This document shows positions 48,663 through 61,314 of a stretch of DNA of 64,000 nt, in pieces; the stretch's first letter is position 1; every line of letters starts with the position of its first letter. Made by a program: the position numbers and the translations under genes. The notes under the pieces are model-generated. The model saw nothing but the letters and a program-made list of their open reading frames with translations. It was not told the origin of the DNA and made no database searches. The stretch is from Raja brachyura (Eukaryota): the NCBI GenBank assembly GCA_963514005.1, contig OY740802.1, forward strand, positions 14,818,001 through 14,882,000, written 5' to 3'.

Positions 48663-51396
48663 GTACGAATGATTTGTTAAATTTTACTTCAGACACTTTA
48701 AATCAATATTGTATGAAGGTATTTAAAATGGTTTCTGAAGGCTGAGTGTTGAGATTTCTAAATAGGAACCTAATGGAGATTTAATTCCGGGGAACCAAAA
48801 GTAGTTAATGTTGCTTAAAATGGCCATTCTGGTAATTTTGCGCAGTCCCAGGGGTCTGATTTTATTTTCATCCAAGGTGCCACCGACTAAAGCAGTGTTA
48901 TTTCTAATTTTGCAGTCTTTTTCACTGTAATCCCACCTGCCCTCACATAGTATCCTGAAACCAAGTACAAGCACGACAAACTAGTTTGGCTTTCAAATGA
49001 CTCTAGTGTTTCAGTCATCAGCTACACACTGACCACTTTTTATTTGTTTATTCTGTTTGAGGAATTTGTAAAATATCACTACCATTATAAAATATCGTAT
49101 GGACAAACATTAAGCAAGAGATGTGTTTTATTGTCATATGTCCCAGATAGAACAATGAAATTATTGCAGCAGCACAACAGAATATATAAACATAGTACAC
49201 TATAAACTGTATAATACATGAGAAAAAGTTCAGTGTGTGTATATATACGTGCACGCACACGCATATCTATGTAGTTCAGAGCTTATTGAAGGTTGTAATG
49301 TTTAATAGCCTGATGGCTGTAGGTAAGAAGCTGTTCTTGAACCTGGATGTTACAGTTTTCAGGCTCCTGTACCTTTTTCCCGATGGTAGGGGTGTGAGTG
49401 TGTGGTCAGTGCGGTGAATACCCAGGGAGCAGAACATATACCTAAAACAAATCGGTGTTTACACGGCCTGAACGGCTGACAACGCCATCTGCTTTGCGCC
49501 GGCAACTTCTTCGTGATTGCCTCTGTACTTGTCCACAAACTGCTGATCTTTAGTTGTGTTGAAGTCAATTATTGACTTGCAAATGTGATGGATTAAATGA
49601 AGATTCATATTAAATCTGCAACATCAATCTTCCGATTAAATGTGTGGCATCTCTGTATTGGAGGGCTGGAAATTGGTAAGATGCAAGTCTGAGGACTAAT
49701 CACTGCTAAATCTTTTAACAGCATTCCCACTAGAAATAATATTGAATGAGAGGTCTCACGGACCCAACTTTCAGTTTGCACTTGCTAACGTAGGCAGTAG
49801 GAAATGCTACACGTCTTCAAGCCCAAAGTATCCTAAAGCACTTTGAATTACAAGCAGGCCTTGTTGGTCTGTGACAGAATTCTCCCGGCTGAGTATTGTG
49901 TTGGATGAAAGATCAGAAGTGACATGGGAAATGCATTACACTCAGCAAACTTGATTAGCCCATGATGTTTCCAACCACTGCTTGTTCATCAGGCTTTTTT
50001 TTTTTTTGCCCAGAGGAGACAGGGAAGTTCTGGTGCCACTCATTTCCTGTTATTTTTTGCATCAGTTGCCCCGATCAAGGTGGCGACTTTCCATCTTGCC
50101 TGACTTGCTGGTTGATGTCTGAAAAATAAAGCCAGCTGCTCGGAAAGGATCATGTCTGACAAGACTATGATGCTACTGTAGAGATTTATCAAGCTTGTGG
50201 CTTTTAATTTAATGCAATTTATTCATACTTGCTGCCGTGCACTTTGCAGGGATTGTCAGCACTGGTGACAATGAAGGCTGTCAAATAGTCATATAAGCCA
50301 GAGAAGGGCCCTGGCAGATCAGAAATGCTAATGACATCTTCCTGTCCTGAATTTTAACATGATCATTTTCCCCTGCTGTGTGCTGGTCATATCGCAACTT
50401 GGGATACATATAGGGCATTGAGAGTTGTCAGCAGAGGGTATGGAAAAACTGATTATTTTTGCAAAGCAACTGTTCACATTTTCCAGCCAATTATTTGGTA
50501 TACTTTAAGGATGCAATTGGTTGGATGTGGCTCTGTGTTTATTATGTACAGTGTTTCAGCTTTAGAAGATAGAATTGGTATGCCATTTGTATAACGTCAG
50601 AAAGTCTTCATTCTGAAAACATTGTTTGTATTTAAAAGCCTGTATAGTAATTGGGAGCCTTTGGACAGCCACTATTCCCTGAAAAGAAAAACGTATTTGA
50701 TTTCAGCTGTTGTGCTGGGAAAAGGTGGGGCTAGTTGTTGAAATCAATGTTCCTTTTCATACAATGAGGCAATGGCTGGTTTAACGGCTTATTTTCAATA
50801 ATTTTATATTTTGCAAGATTCGCGCCTATTTCCAAAAGTTCAGGGCTTTTCAAAAGACCATCAGTGTTTCAGAAGAAGGTATTTTAATCTGCCTCCTGTT
50901 CAGTAAAAAGAGCATTAATTTTGTGTTGTTCAGCATTGCAATGATCAATGCTGCCACTAACTATTGTGGCTATGTTGAAGCCAGACACTCCTTCATTATA
51001 CTGTTCTAAGTCTCTTGAAGCTTTATGACATATCAAAAATTGCCATTTGGGAAAAGTACAGTGCCCTCCATAATGTTTGGGCCAGCCTCATCATTTATTT
51101 ATTTGCCTCTGTACTCCAATTTGAGATTTGTAACAGAAAAAAATCACATGTGGTTAAAGTGCACATTGTCAGATTCTAATAAAGGGTAATTTTATACATT
51201 TTGGTTACACCATGTAGAAATTACAGCTGTGCTTATACATAGTCCCCCCCATTTCAGGGTACCATAATGTTTGGGACGCATGTCTTCACAGGCATTTGTA
51301 ATTGCCTCCTTAATGCAGGTATAAGAGTCTCTCAGCACCTAGTCTTTCCTCCAGTCTTTCCATCAGATTTGGACATTTCTATTGCTGTTTATCAAC

Positions 51397-52319
51397 ATGA
51401 GGACCAATGTTGTGCCAATGAAAGACAAAGTAGCCATTATGAAACTGAGAAACAAGAATAAAACTGTTAGAGACATCAGCCAAACCTTAGACTCACCAAA
51501 ATCAACTGTTTGGATCATCATTAAGAAGAAAGAGAGCTCTGGTGAGCTTACCAATCGCAAAGGGACTGGCAGGCCAAGGAAGACCTCCACAGCTGATGAC
51601 AGAAGAATTCTCTCTATAATTTAAAACAAACAAACACCTGTCCGACAGATCAGAAACACTCTTCAGGAATCGGGTGTGGATTTGTCAATGACCACTGTCC
51701 GCAGAAGACTTCATGAACAGAAATACAGAGGTTACATTGCAAGATGCAAACCACTGATTAGCTTATATCAGAGTGATGGCAAAAGCAAAGTATGGAGGAG
51801 AGAAGGTACTGCCCAATTTCCAAAACATACCACCTGTTCTGTGAAACACATTGGTGGGGGGGGTGTTAAGACCTGGGTTGTGGCTGCTGAAGGTACTGGC
51901 TCACTTATCTTCATTGATGATACAACTGCTGATGGTAGTAGCATAATGAATTCTGAAGTGTATGGACACATCCTATGAAACAAATGCCTCAACTCATTGG
52001 CCGGCGGTTCATTCTACAGCAAGGCAATGATCCCAAACGTACTGCTAAAGCAACAAAGGAGTTTTTCAAAGCTAAAAAAATGTTAATTCGTGAGTGGCCA
52101 AGTCAATCACCCAATCTGAACCCAATTGAACATGCCTTTTATATGTTGAAGAGAAAACTGAAGGGAACTAGCCCCCAAAACAAGCATAAGCTAAAGATGG
52201 CTGCTATACAGGTCTGGCAGAGCATCACCAGAGAAGACACCCAGCAACTGGTGATGTCCATGAATAGCAGACTTCGAGCAGTCATCATTACATGCAAAGG
52301 ATATGCAACAAAATACTAA
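51397..52319 (+). pseudogene. Tc1 transposase pseudogene
   Basis: Paired-like HTH (TVRDISQTLDSPKSTVWIII), GRPRKT, TVRRRL, VKHIGGG, QQGNDPK and WPSQSPNLNPIEH. Broken by stops and frameshifts. The segment carrying the first catalytic Asp appears deleted and QDND is changed to QGND. Confidence 0.9.
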
Positions 52320-52535
52320 ACATGACTGCTTTCATTTACATGACATTGCTCTGTCACAGACATTATGGTGCCCTGAAATGGGGGATTGTATAAACACTAC
52401 TGTAATTTCTACATGGTAAAAACAAAATATATAAAAATTGCATTCATTAAAATCTGACAATGTGCACTTTAACCACATGTGATTTTTTTTTAAATTACAA
52501 ATCTCAAATTGTGGAGTACAGAGGCAAATAAATAA

Positions 52536-53117
52536 ATAGAAATAGGTGCAGGAGGAGGCCATTAGGCCCTTCGACCCAGCACCTCCATTCATTGTGATCA
52601 TGGCTGACCGTCCGCTATCAATAACCCGTGCCTGCCTTCTCCCCATATCCCTTGACTCCACTAGCCCCCTAGAGCTCTATCCAACTCTCTCTGAAATCCA
52701 TCGAGTGATTTGGCCTCCACTGCCCTCTGTGGCAGGGAATGCCATCAATTCACAACTCTCTGGGTGAAAAAGTTTTTTCTCACCTCCGTCTTAAATGACC
52801 TCCCCTTTATTCTAAGACTGTGGCCCCTGGTTCTGGACTCGCCCAACATTGGGAACATTTTTCCTGCATCTAGCTTGTCCGGTCCTTTTATAATTTTATG
52901 TTTCTATAAGATTTCCCCCTCATCCTTCTAAACTCCAGTGAATACAAGCCTAGTCTTTTCAAGCTTTCCTCATATGACAGCCCCGCCATCCCAGGGATCA
53001 ATCTTGTGAACCTACGCTGCACTGCCTCAATCACAAGGATGTCCTTCCTCAAATTAGGAGACCAAAACTGTACACAATACTCCAGATGTGGTCTCACCAG
53101 AGCCCTATACAACTGCA
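52536..53117 (-). mobile_element. CR1 LINE 3' fragment inserted in the Tc1 right TIR
   Basis: Minus strand [27 protein letters not shown] through the CR1 3'UTR. The TIR sequence AGGCAAATAAATAAAT resumes as AAATGATG after the insert. Confidence 0.92.
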
Positions 53118-54104
53118 CTATACAAATGATGGGTCTTTGTCCCAAACATTATGGAGGCACTGTATCAGCCTATATAGTAAATGTCAATGGGATGCTTGAA
53201 GGAAGCACTAGCTAATTCAATTTTTGCCACTATCCTGAGAGGGACCACTCCAATGTGAATTAGGTGAGCCAATTTTCTTGGTGAAAAAAATACAATTTTA
53301 TGATTTACAACTTTATGCTCCCATATATCTAAAAGATTAAATATAACTTTGGCAAGAGCTATATCCCTTGGAATGAAGCTGGCATGATTATGACAGCTAT
53401 CCGCAAAGGTTTTAAATGCCAGCAAAGTTATTTTCAAAAACTGTATGATCAGAATCATGTCAGTTAATTGGGTAACTTAAGTTAAAATAAGTGTCGCCCT
53501 AGATTCAGTCGGTATCTGACCTTGGTCTTAATTTTACGTACATTCATACAAACAGTCATCTCCATGTGCCGTACAAAAGCAAATGTAATTTGCATTCCAA
53601 TTTGAGTTTTATGGAAAAGGCAGTGTCGGAGAAGATTGGCTTGGTGCCCAAATGAAGGAAGGGTTGGTAGGTTGTTTTCTAACAACTCTGCGGGAAGTGC
53701 ATGTGGGTTCTGCTTGGTTGAGGACCTAATGGGCCTATATGGTCAAGTATCCAGATGCTCCTGTGGTCTAAAAGCTGGTCGGAGTTAATATGATTAATAG
53801 CCCCTTGAAAATGTAATTGCTCTTCCATATCTTAGCATGCAAATGGCTTGACCATCAAACCTGAGAGTTAAATTCATTAAGGTCTAAGCATTATTTTTTA
53901 TTCTTTTGAATATTGTAATGGTGCATTGTACCACACTTTATTTGCTTTTGGCTTAAATCTAAATATTGAGTGTTTACTAATTCACAAAGACATAAGGGTT
54001 TCCTGACAAAGATTGATCTTAAATTATTGCCATTTTCCCTCTGGAGATGACAAGAAAATAATTTATTTTAACCCCCTGGGTAGTTGATATTATTCTCATT
54101 GACG

Positions 54105-54285
54105 ATAGATACAAAAAGCTGGAGTAACTCAGCGGGTCAGACAGCATCTCTGGAGAAAAGGAATGGGCGATGTTGCGGGTTGAGATCCTTCTTCAGACTC
54201 TTTTGTGTCTCAAACCGAAATGCTGAGTTACTCCAACTTCTGTGTCCATCTTCAGTTTGAGCCAGCATCTGCAGATCTGTCATAC
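54105..54285. mobile_element. Palindromic family copy, right arm partly deleted
   Basis: GCTGGAGTAACTCAGCGGGTCAGACAGCATCTCTGGAG..CCTTCTTCAGACT..GCTGAGTTACTCCAAC..CCAGCATCTGCAG. Confidence 0.8.
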
Positions 54286-54380
54286 ACCACAGGTCAGCTA
54301 GTTCCATCCTTGCCTTCACATTTAATCTGGATCGATAGTGTGATTTATAGCTTGGGTGCAGATAATGTGGTGAATGACCG

Positions 54381-54715
54381 AATAGTGAAAGGCTTGACTA
54401 GAGAGGATGTTGCCACTAGTGGGGGAGTCCAGGACCAGATGTCATATCCTCAGAATAAAAGAACGTTCCCTTAGGAAGGAGATGAAGAGGAATTACTTAG
54501 TCGGAGAGTGATTCATTGCAACAGAAGACTGTGGAGGCCACATCAATGGATATTTTAAAGGCAGAGCTAGATAGATTCTTGATTAGCATGGGTGTCGCGT
54601 TTTAGGGAGAAGGCAGGACAATGGGTTGAGAGGGAGAGATAGATTAGCCATGATTTGAATGGCAGAGTAGACTTGATTGGCCAAATGGCCTAATTCAGCT
54701 CCTATTACGTATGAA
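54381..54715 (+). mobile_element. Diverged CR1 3' fragment
   Basis: GGGGAGTCCAGGACCAGA..CTCAGAATAAAAG..GATTAGCCATGATTTGAATGGCAGAGTAGAC..AATGGCCTAATTC. Confidence 0.8.
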
Positions 54716-55112
54716 CCAGTTGTTTATCTTGCTCTTTTTTGTTTAAACTGTCAATAGACTAGTAAGCACATTAAAAATGAATGAAAACAATATTTTAATG
54801 CTGATATATCTAGAATAGTGTTTTGTGGGCACCCTCCTCTTTTGAAAATGTAACCTAGATTGTTACTGAATTTAATTCAAAATGTCTTAAAAGTGTTTCT
54901 TTGTTTTATTTTTGGAGAATTGGATTTGCATAAAATCCTTGTCTTTTAATAAGTGTAACATGTGGGCATTTATTGAAATGTAGGGACTTGTATTCTAAGT
55001 AATCTTGGCATTCTCTACTTTTTTTACTTAGATGGGAAAAGGAAAAGAACCAGACTCAAATGCCATGTTAAACTTTGGGCAGTTGTATCGGTAATTTGAC
55101 ATTAATCGTCTC

Positions 55113-55285
55113 AAGGTAGACACAAAATGCTGGATTAACTCAACGGGACATTTCGGGTTGAGACCCTTCTTCAGACTCTACCCAAAACATCACCCATTCC
55201 TTCTCTCCAGAGATGCTGCCTGTCCCGCCGAGTTACTCCAGCATTTTGTGTCTACCTTCAACTAGCATCTGCAGTTTTTTCCTAC
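55113..55285. mobile_element. Palindromic family copy; minus-strand hammerhead core at 55145-55177
   Basis: Minus strand agt-CTGAAGA-A-GGGT-ctca-ACCC-GAAA-TG-TC. The plus-strand motif is truncated. Ends about 120 bp before the last coding exon acceptor. Confidence 0.85.
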
Positions 55286-55407
55286 ATATTTATCATCTCA
55301 AAGTGTGTATGATGGCCAATTAATAACTTTAAATTGAAAGCTTGGCAAAGGATGGCGATTTAATCAGCTTTTAACAAATTTGTGTTTTTTACATTTTTTT
55401 TTAAAAG

Positions 55408-55514
55408 GGAAGAGGTCGCTCCAATATCTACAACATTCTAACAGTACGTCACAAAAGCGGAGCATTAATCACACTCTTGGTGGATCTTTAGACAAAGAGT
55501 ACATGACCCATTGA
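55408..55514 (+). CDS. znf217: znf217 last coding exon (GKRSLQYLQHSNSTSQKRSINHTLGGSLDKEYMTH*)
   Basis: Poly-T tract then aaaAG| acceptor. The phase-1 translation resembles the human ZNF217 C-terminus GKRPVSYQHLSNSMAQKR. TGA at 55512-55514. The exon continues to a donor AAG|GTAATT at 55530/55531. Summed CDS is 3723 nt = 1240 aa plus stop. Confidence 0.85.
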
Positions 55515-56476
55515 AGCCTGTTAATTGAAGGTAATTGCATGGAATACAATCACTTGATATTGTAATGACTTCAATCCATTCAGTTTTATATCTTGAGCTG
55601 TAATATTGCATTTTCTCATTTGGTATCACTCCTATCATTCTAGACATGTAGAATGTCACCACTAACAGACTTGTTGCTGCGCGTGCCATCTACAAAATGC
55701 ACTCTAGTTGGTCTTATGGCACCTACCAAACCAATGACCTTTTTTGCATTAGGATAGACGGGGGCAGCAGGAGTATTGGAATACCACTACCACCGGGTTT
55801 CATCCTAGTTTCATTCCTTTATAACTTACAAACGTGTTCTGCACGTTTTTAATTGTTATTGGAACATTACACCAAACTATCTTGAGTCCCAGATCATAGA
55901 AATAAGCTCTTCGGCCCAATCTTTAGTGATTCCCTTCACTGGAAAGAGTTTGGTGGTTTACCACCACCTTCCCAAGGGTAATTAGAGATAGATAATAAAT
56001 ATTGGCCTTTTCAGTCATTCCTACAAGATGCATTGTCTTTATCGTATACATGAATGAATTAATCAATAGCATTACCAGCTTTCATTGTATCACCCTAAAT
56101 TGAGGAGGTAATTTGGAACCAAGTCAAGTCACTTTATGACGTCTTGAAATTTCAATCTATCAGGTCTTTAACGATTTAAATGCAACTTGAAAAAAAGCTG
56201 GAGATTTCCATGGCAGTTCATTCTCAATCCATGATTTTTGCTTGATTCATTGTTATACATTTTCATCGGAAGGTATAAGAGGGAAACAAAGAAAACCAAA
56301 TTATGGATGGCTTCTTTACTTCCAACGAGCTTCAATGTATTTAATATAGTATATTGCTGAAGTAACCCTTTCTGTGCTAATAGTATAACTCCATTAATTT
56401 TTTAATTTTTTGGGTTATATTTAGAAATAGTGATTGGCCACTATTTTCTAACATTTTTGTGTGCTCTTAACCTTAG

Positions 56477-59400
56477 ATCTGTTGAACGCTGTGAATGGAA
56501 TACTCCTGCATCAAAACTGAAAGTTCAAAAGGGGTGTCAGCTGGTCCACTGGTGAAATCTAATCACATTCGAAGTACAGAATGCACATCCAATAAGCTGT
56601 GATTTGTACATGTATAGAACACTACTATTCCATTTATTCTGGATTGCATTTTTTATTCATGCCTAAAAATGTAATCAGAGACTATATAAATATATATGAA
56701 ATTGCTTTGTATTCCATTTTGATTCTGAACTTGAAATTGTACCATTTCTAATTAAAATTATCAAGTGTTTCTGTTTTTGCAATAACTATATTGATTACTT
56801 GGCACTAATGTATGGGCCATCAATTCTGGAATGTTGGGCTCTTTTTGTTTTGAAAGATCTTTCAAGCAGAGAACAGATTTTTGGTACCTGAAGTTTAATA
56901 TTTCTGGGAAATTGTGTAACTCTTACTGAGGCTTTTCTTCTACATTGGAAAATTGAGCAATAAATTGTATAACCTGTGGTAATGCTTCAAGCTTCGGTCT
57001 TCCAACTCTTTTTGTATACTATCTAGTCTTGGGTGGAACAGCTGTGGCAAGCAATACTTAACATTGTTTAGTTCCCTTTACATTTGGGTGTGACATTAAG
57101 TCTTAGTTTGGTTAAATTGCACCAACAGTGTGTCTAGATGTTGTATGAGAAGTCCAGGCAATCACAAATTTTGGTTGCACTGTGCCCTGCAAAAGTGCAG
57201 CATCTGATAATCAATAGTGAACCTGGTAGACAAACTAAAATGCATTATATTGATCTGAAACGTGGAAGCTACTCAAAAATCATACTCAAGGGTGCAACAA
57301 AAACCCCAATCTTATTGGGTCTGATGTTCAAATTTATTTTGCACACAATGATGGAATATCAGTATAGAAATTTAGTGTAAAATGAAGTTTGATTTTGTAT
57401 GATTTGAATTACTATGTGTTTTGACTATATAAATGGTTTCTTTAGCCCTACTCAATTTCAGACCATGTTTCCACGTATCCATGATTATAAGCAGTTTGCT
57501 AAGGTGGTGCAGAATGATGAACCCTTGACTTCCCTCGTGGCTCAGTTAAAATTATGTATAATTATCAACAAAACTGCACTGTGGAATACCTTGTCATGAC
57601 TTTTTCTCGCAAGGTTAATTATTCCAGCATCTAAACTCTTGGATAAAACCAGCTAATTGTGGGCTCCTCGGGCCTTCCCTTTGCCCAGGTGACACATTGG
57701 ATTATTACACCGTAATGGGTCAGGGATTGAACCAGTATGTCACAGGAGTTATGTGTTTCAAAGATTGCAACAAAAAATAACTCTTGACTGGAAATGTAAA
57801 ACTGAGCGTGATTAAATACTTTTACAATGAACAAAATTGGTGTCCTGAAGAGAAATGGAAAGATTTTAATTGAAAATGCCTGGATTGCATTAACATCTTT
57901 TTGTTGAGGGAGCCTACTAATTATACTGCTGATTCTACCTGATTTTTTTTTGGTGCTTCTTTAAAGTAAAATCTTAATTTGCTGAACACTGTTTAAAATT
58001 CTACTAATGCTGAGTGTTCATCTCATTTTCCCAAAATTAAGTCTCGCTCAGTAGACATTGGGGATAATGGGACTCATCATTTGAATATTTCCCATTATTG
58101 TATTGGGTGAATTTAGTTTTACTTTGAAATAACTGAAGGTATTGCTGTATAATGGTGCTCTGCTTTGAATAAAGATTTATTGACCAGTCCCATCTTGTGC
58201 AAGCTCATTTATGGCACAACGTTTTGGAGGCAAAAGCAAACATTGTTGCTGTGATTTTTCCGAGTAAATAAGTGAGTGGAATGCACAACTTCAGTAAGTG
58301 CATCTGTCGTTTAGTCAACACAGCTACAAACAACTCTACCAAACTCTGTTCAATTAGATCAAGTATTGCATTGTATCCACATTTGCTAATCATGCATTAA
58401 CAGTTCCAAGCTTTACCATCTTAAGTAGTGCTCATCACAGCTGTACTTGGATTTGTTGTGTTAATCAAAATTCAGTGAATTGAACTTTTAAGACCATGGC
58501 CAAGTACATGTAAAACAATGAGTAATGTTCTTTGTGGTGGAAAAGTTAAATGTGTAATTCTACTAAAGACGGTTAGTTTATTGAATTTGCCACATTTATG
58601 CCCAATATCCTACTTTTGATGTTTAATGCACGTTATAAACCTGTTTATAAATTGTATTTTGATTTATTGAAGATGATAATTGTATTTTGGTTACTGAAAT
58701 GGACAGAGTAATCCAGTTTTAAAACTCTGTGAATTAGGTAGTTTGACTGAGAGCCAGGGTCAAAGTTATTTAGAATCCACATTTCCAAAGCTGTTCATTG
58801 TTCCAGAGTAAAATGCACTATATTGCTCTTGTGCGGGCAAGGTAGAAGCAAGCAATTGTGATTATTGAAGCATTCAATTGGATTTCAAGATTTTAGTAAT
58901 TGATTTGGCGGTCTTGCCTATATTTGCGATATCTTACCCGAAGTTCATGAGGGATTTGTGAGCAAGAATATTCTGTTAAAAAAAATTAGGTTTGAGGCCA
59001 TTTGTACATACTGCACTAGTGAGAGGATCCCTGTCAATGTATGTGTCCTTTACCCAGAATCAGAAGTTATATTAAAAAAAATTAAGACTATTTTAATTTG
59101 ACTCGGGTAATTGACCAGTGTCGATCTTTTGAATTAGAAACATAGAAAATAGGTGCCAGAGTAGGCCATTTGGCCCTTCGAGCCAGCACCACCATTCAAT
59201 ATGATCATGGCTGATCATCCAAAATCAGTAGCCTGTTCCGGATCTTTCCCCATATCCCTTGATTCCCTTTGCCCTCGGAGCTAAATCTAATTCTTGAAAA
59301 CTTGTGGAACAAGGTAGATGATGGCCTCGATTTTTGATATTTTTTTATATAAATGTAAATCTGGTAATCTAACATTTACATGCAAGTACAATTTAGGCTG

Positions 59401-60440
59401 CTAAATTGGCTATTCACAAGTATGGTCAACTGGGTGAAGGGGATTGATACTTTAGGATTGCAGGCAGTTTTTTATGAAGTGAATGAAGCTTTTGGCTAGC
59501 ATTTAGTTTTCTTTAGAATTGAACTAATGGTGTTTTATTTTAATAGACTAGTTCAAAGCAATCTTTGTTTTTGAGTGAAAGGATCTTGAATGTGCAGCAT
59601 CCATAGAATGTTGCAATGTCCGCCAGCTCGTAACTGCTGCTGACATAATGAAGCCATTGGACAAATGTACACTTCTCAAACTGTTTAATAGCTGTTCGGC
59701 TGATGGGCGGCTAAGGTTTATAAAAGTAAATTCATTAAAACTCCTTTCAACATTCCAGTGGTGATATGAATAAAGTATTAGCTATGCAGTGGGAGAATGT
59801 GTTCACGTGTGTATGTGTTTGGTTTAAATATTTGCCCAAACACTTCATGTAAAGTATCTGAATGGTGACGCATTTTACCAAGATCCCAAACTCTTAATAT
59901 TCTAGGGGGGGGGGGGGGGGGGGGGAAGAGAACTGCCCAATATACTGAGCATTTTTTGAGTTGCTTGGGGTTTGTAATGTTGACACTACTGACCTCCTAT
60001 GACCATTGGTTCTGATGTTTTTTTCCTTTTTACCAACCTCAACCTCTGGAGAAGACTGAGCCATGTGTAATTATGCGAGAAAATGTTTTGTAGTTGTACT
60101 ATTATAGTGCATTTTTGACATTGTTGTGCAGAAAATACTTGATTACAAGCGAAATGTTGCTTGATTATTCCAGATTATAAAATTATTGCTTGCGGGTGCA
60201 TGCTCAATTTAATTAATTTCTATAATATAAAATTTTGGACATTATCATTTGCAATGACATTTTTAGGGAATTCACATACATGATTTTTGTTTTGATCGCT
60301 CAGTGTTACTTTATTAGAAGTTTGCAGTTGGCCGCACTCTGATATGCATATTAAGGTGTCTTTTATTTAATTCAGTTTTCTTTTTGTATTTATTACATGT
60401 TTGGACCTTTCTGATTTCCTTAAAACCATGTTTAACCATA
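56477..60440 (+). other. znf217: Probable terminal non-coding exon / long AU-rich 3'UTR of znf217 (3' end uncertain)
   Basis: Acceptor ttttctaacatttttgtgtgctcttaaccttAG| ending 56476, downstream of an unpaired donor at 55531. The following sequence is repeat-poor and U-rich, with AATAAA at 56959, 58168 and 59769. Confidence 0.5.
59135..59301 (-). mobile_element. CR1 3' tail fragment
   Basis: Reverse complement of the CR1 3'UTR, including the TTCTATGT-type tail (TAGAAACATAGAAAATAGGTGC). Confidence 0.85.
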
Positions 60441-61314
60441 CAAGTGTTTCATGCTGTCTTTAATTTATAATGTACCATTGTTTGATGTACATTCATTCAA
60501 TTTTGGAATACATTTGGTGTTTTACATCTCTGGTTCTGTTGAAGTTTTTTTTATTCTCCTTGGAAATTATTGTTGCAGTTTGTCTGTGTGCAAAATTTTA
60601 TTTTCCAATGATTTCACTGCTACAGCCTTTCGTTCCAATTTCCAGATTGTGTCGCTTTCTGAAGTTTGTCACCGTGTAAATTTTCACGGAAGTGTCAGGC
60701 ATACTTTGAGTTGAAAACATGTTGAGTTGCACGTCCATTAGTTTCTCTATTCAGCAAAAATATAGGTTTTGAATTAAAATAGTACATAATGACAGACAGT
60801 ATTTGCAGAAAATATTGGATAGAATATTTTATGATTCAATAACCTGATCAGAGGCTCTGCAATACGCCAGCAAATGCAAATAAGTCAGCATAATATTTAA
60901 TTGAGCATATGCCAAGCTTTAAACAATGTACCAATTCATCTGCATATGTCTTAAGATGGTGGGAGCTTGTGCACTAGGATTTATCCACCATCTATGGAAT
61001 AGCATTGAAATGTGAGTAATAAAACTCATGAAATTTAAATCCGTTTGCTTTATCAACTCATCCCATAAAACAAATATTGCTTATAACTGCTGCTGAGATG
61101 TAAAATGTTACTGGTCCACTCATTCAATCTTAAAATAAATAGACGTGATTTGGGGCTTTAGTTTTTTTTTAAGATCTAATTCATCTTTTTAATTTTGAAC
61201 TTAGTTTGAAAGCAGTAGCAATATAAACTTCACAGTGGGTATACATTCAGGGATTGGTTAAGTAAGGAATGGAGAATATGCAACTATAATGTTAAAAAAA
61301 AACAAAAATAGCCT

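Larger units (their letters stand above)
51059..53162 (+). mobile_element. Tc1-family DNA transposon, IR/DR type (about 220-bp TIRs), TA target duplication, inactive
   Basis: TA|CAGTGCCCTCCATAATGTTTGGG ... CCCAAACATTATGGAGGCACTG|TA. The left TIR (51059-51277) has the direct repeat CCATAATGTTTGGG at both ends. The right TIR starts near 52353 and is split by a CR1. Confidence 0.93.

Noticed and set aside
55032-55099. Alternative candidate last exon (DGKRKRTRLKCHVKLWAVVSVI*)
   Set aside because: It has an AG and GKR but no further similarity. The 55408 exon matches the ZNF217 C-terminus much better.
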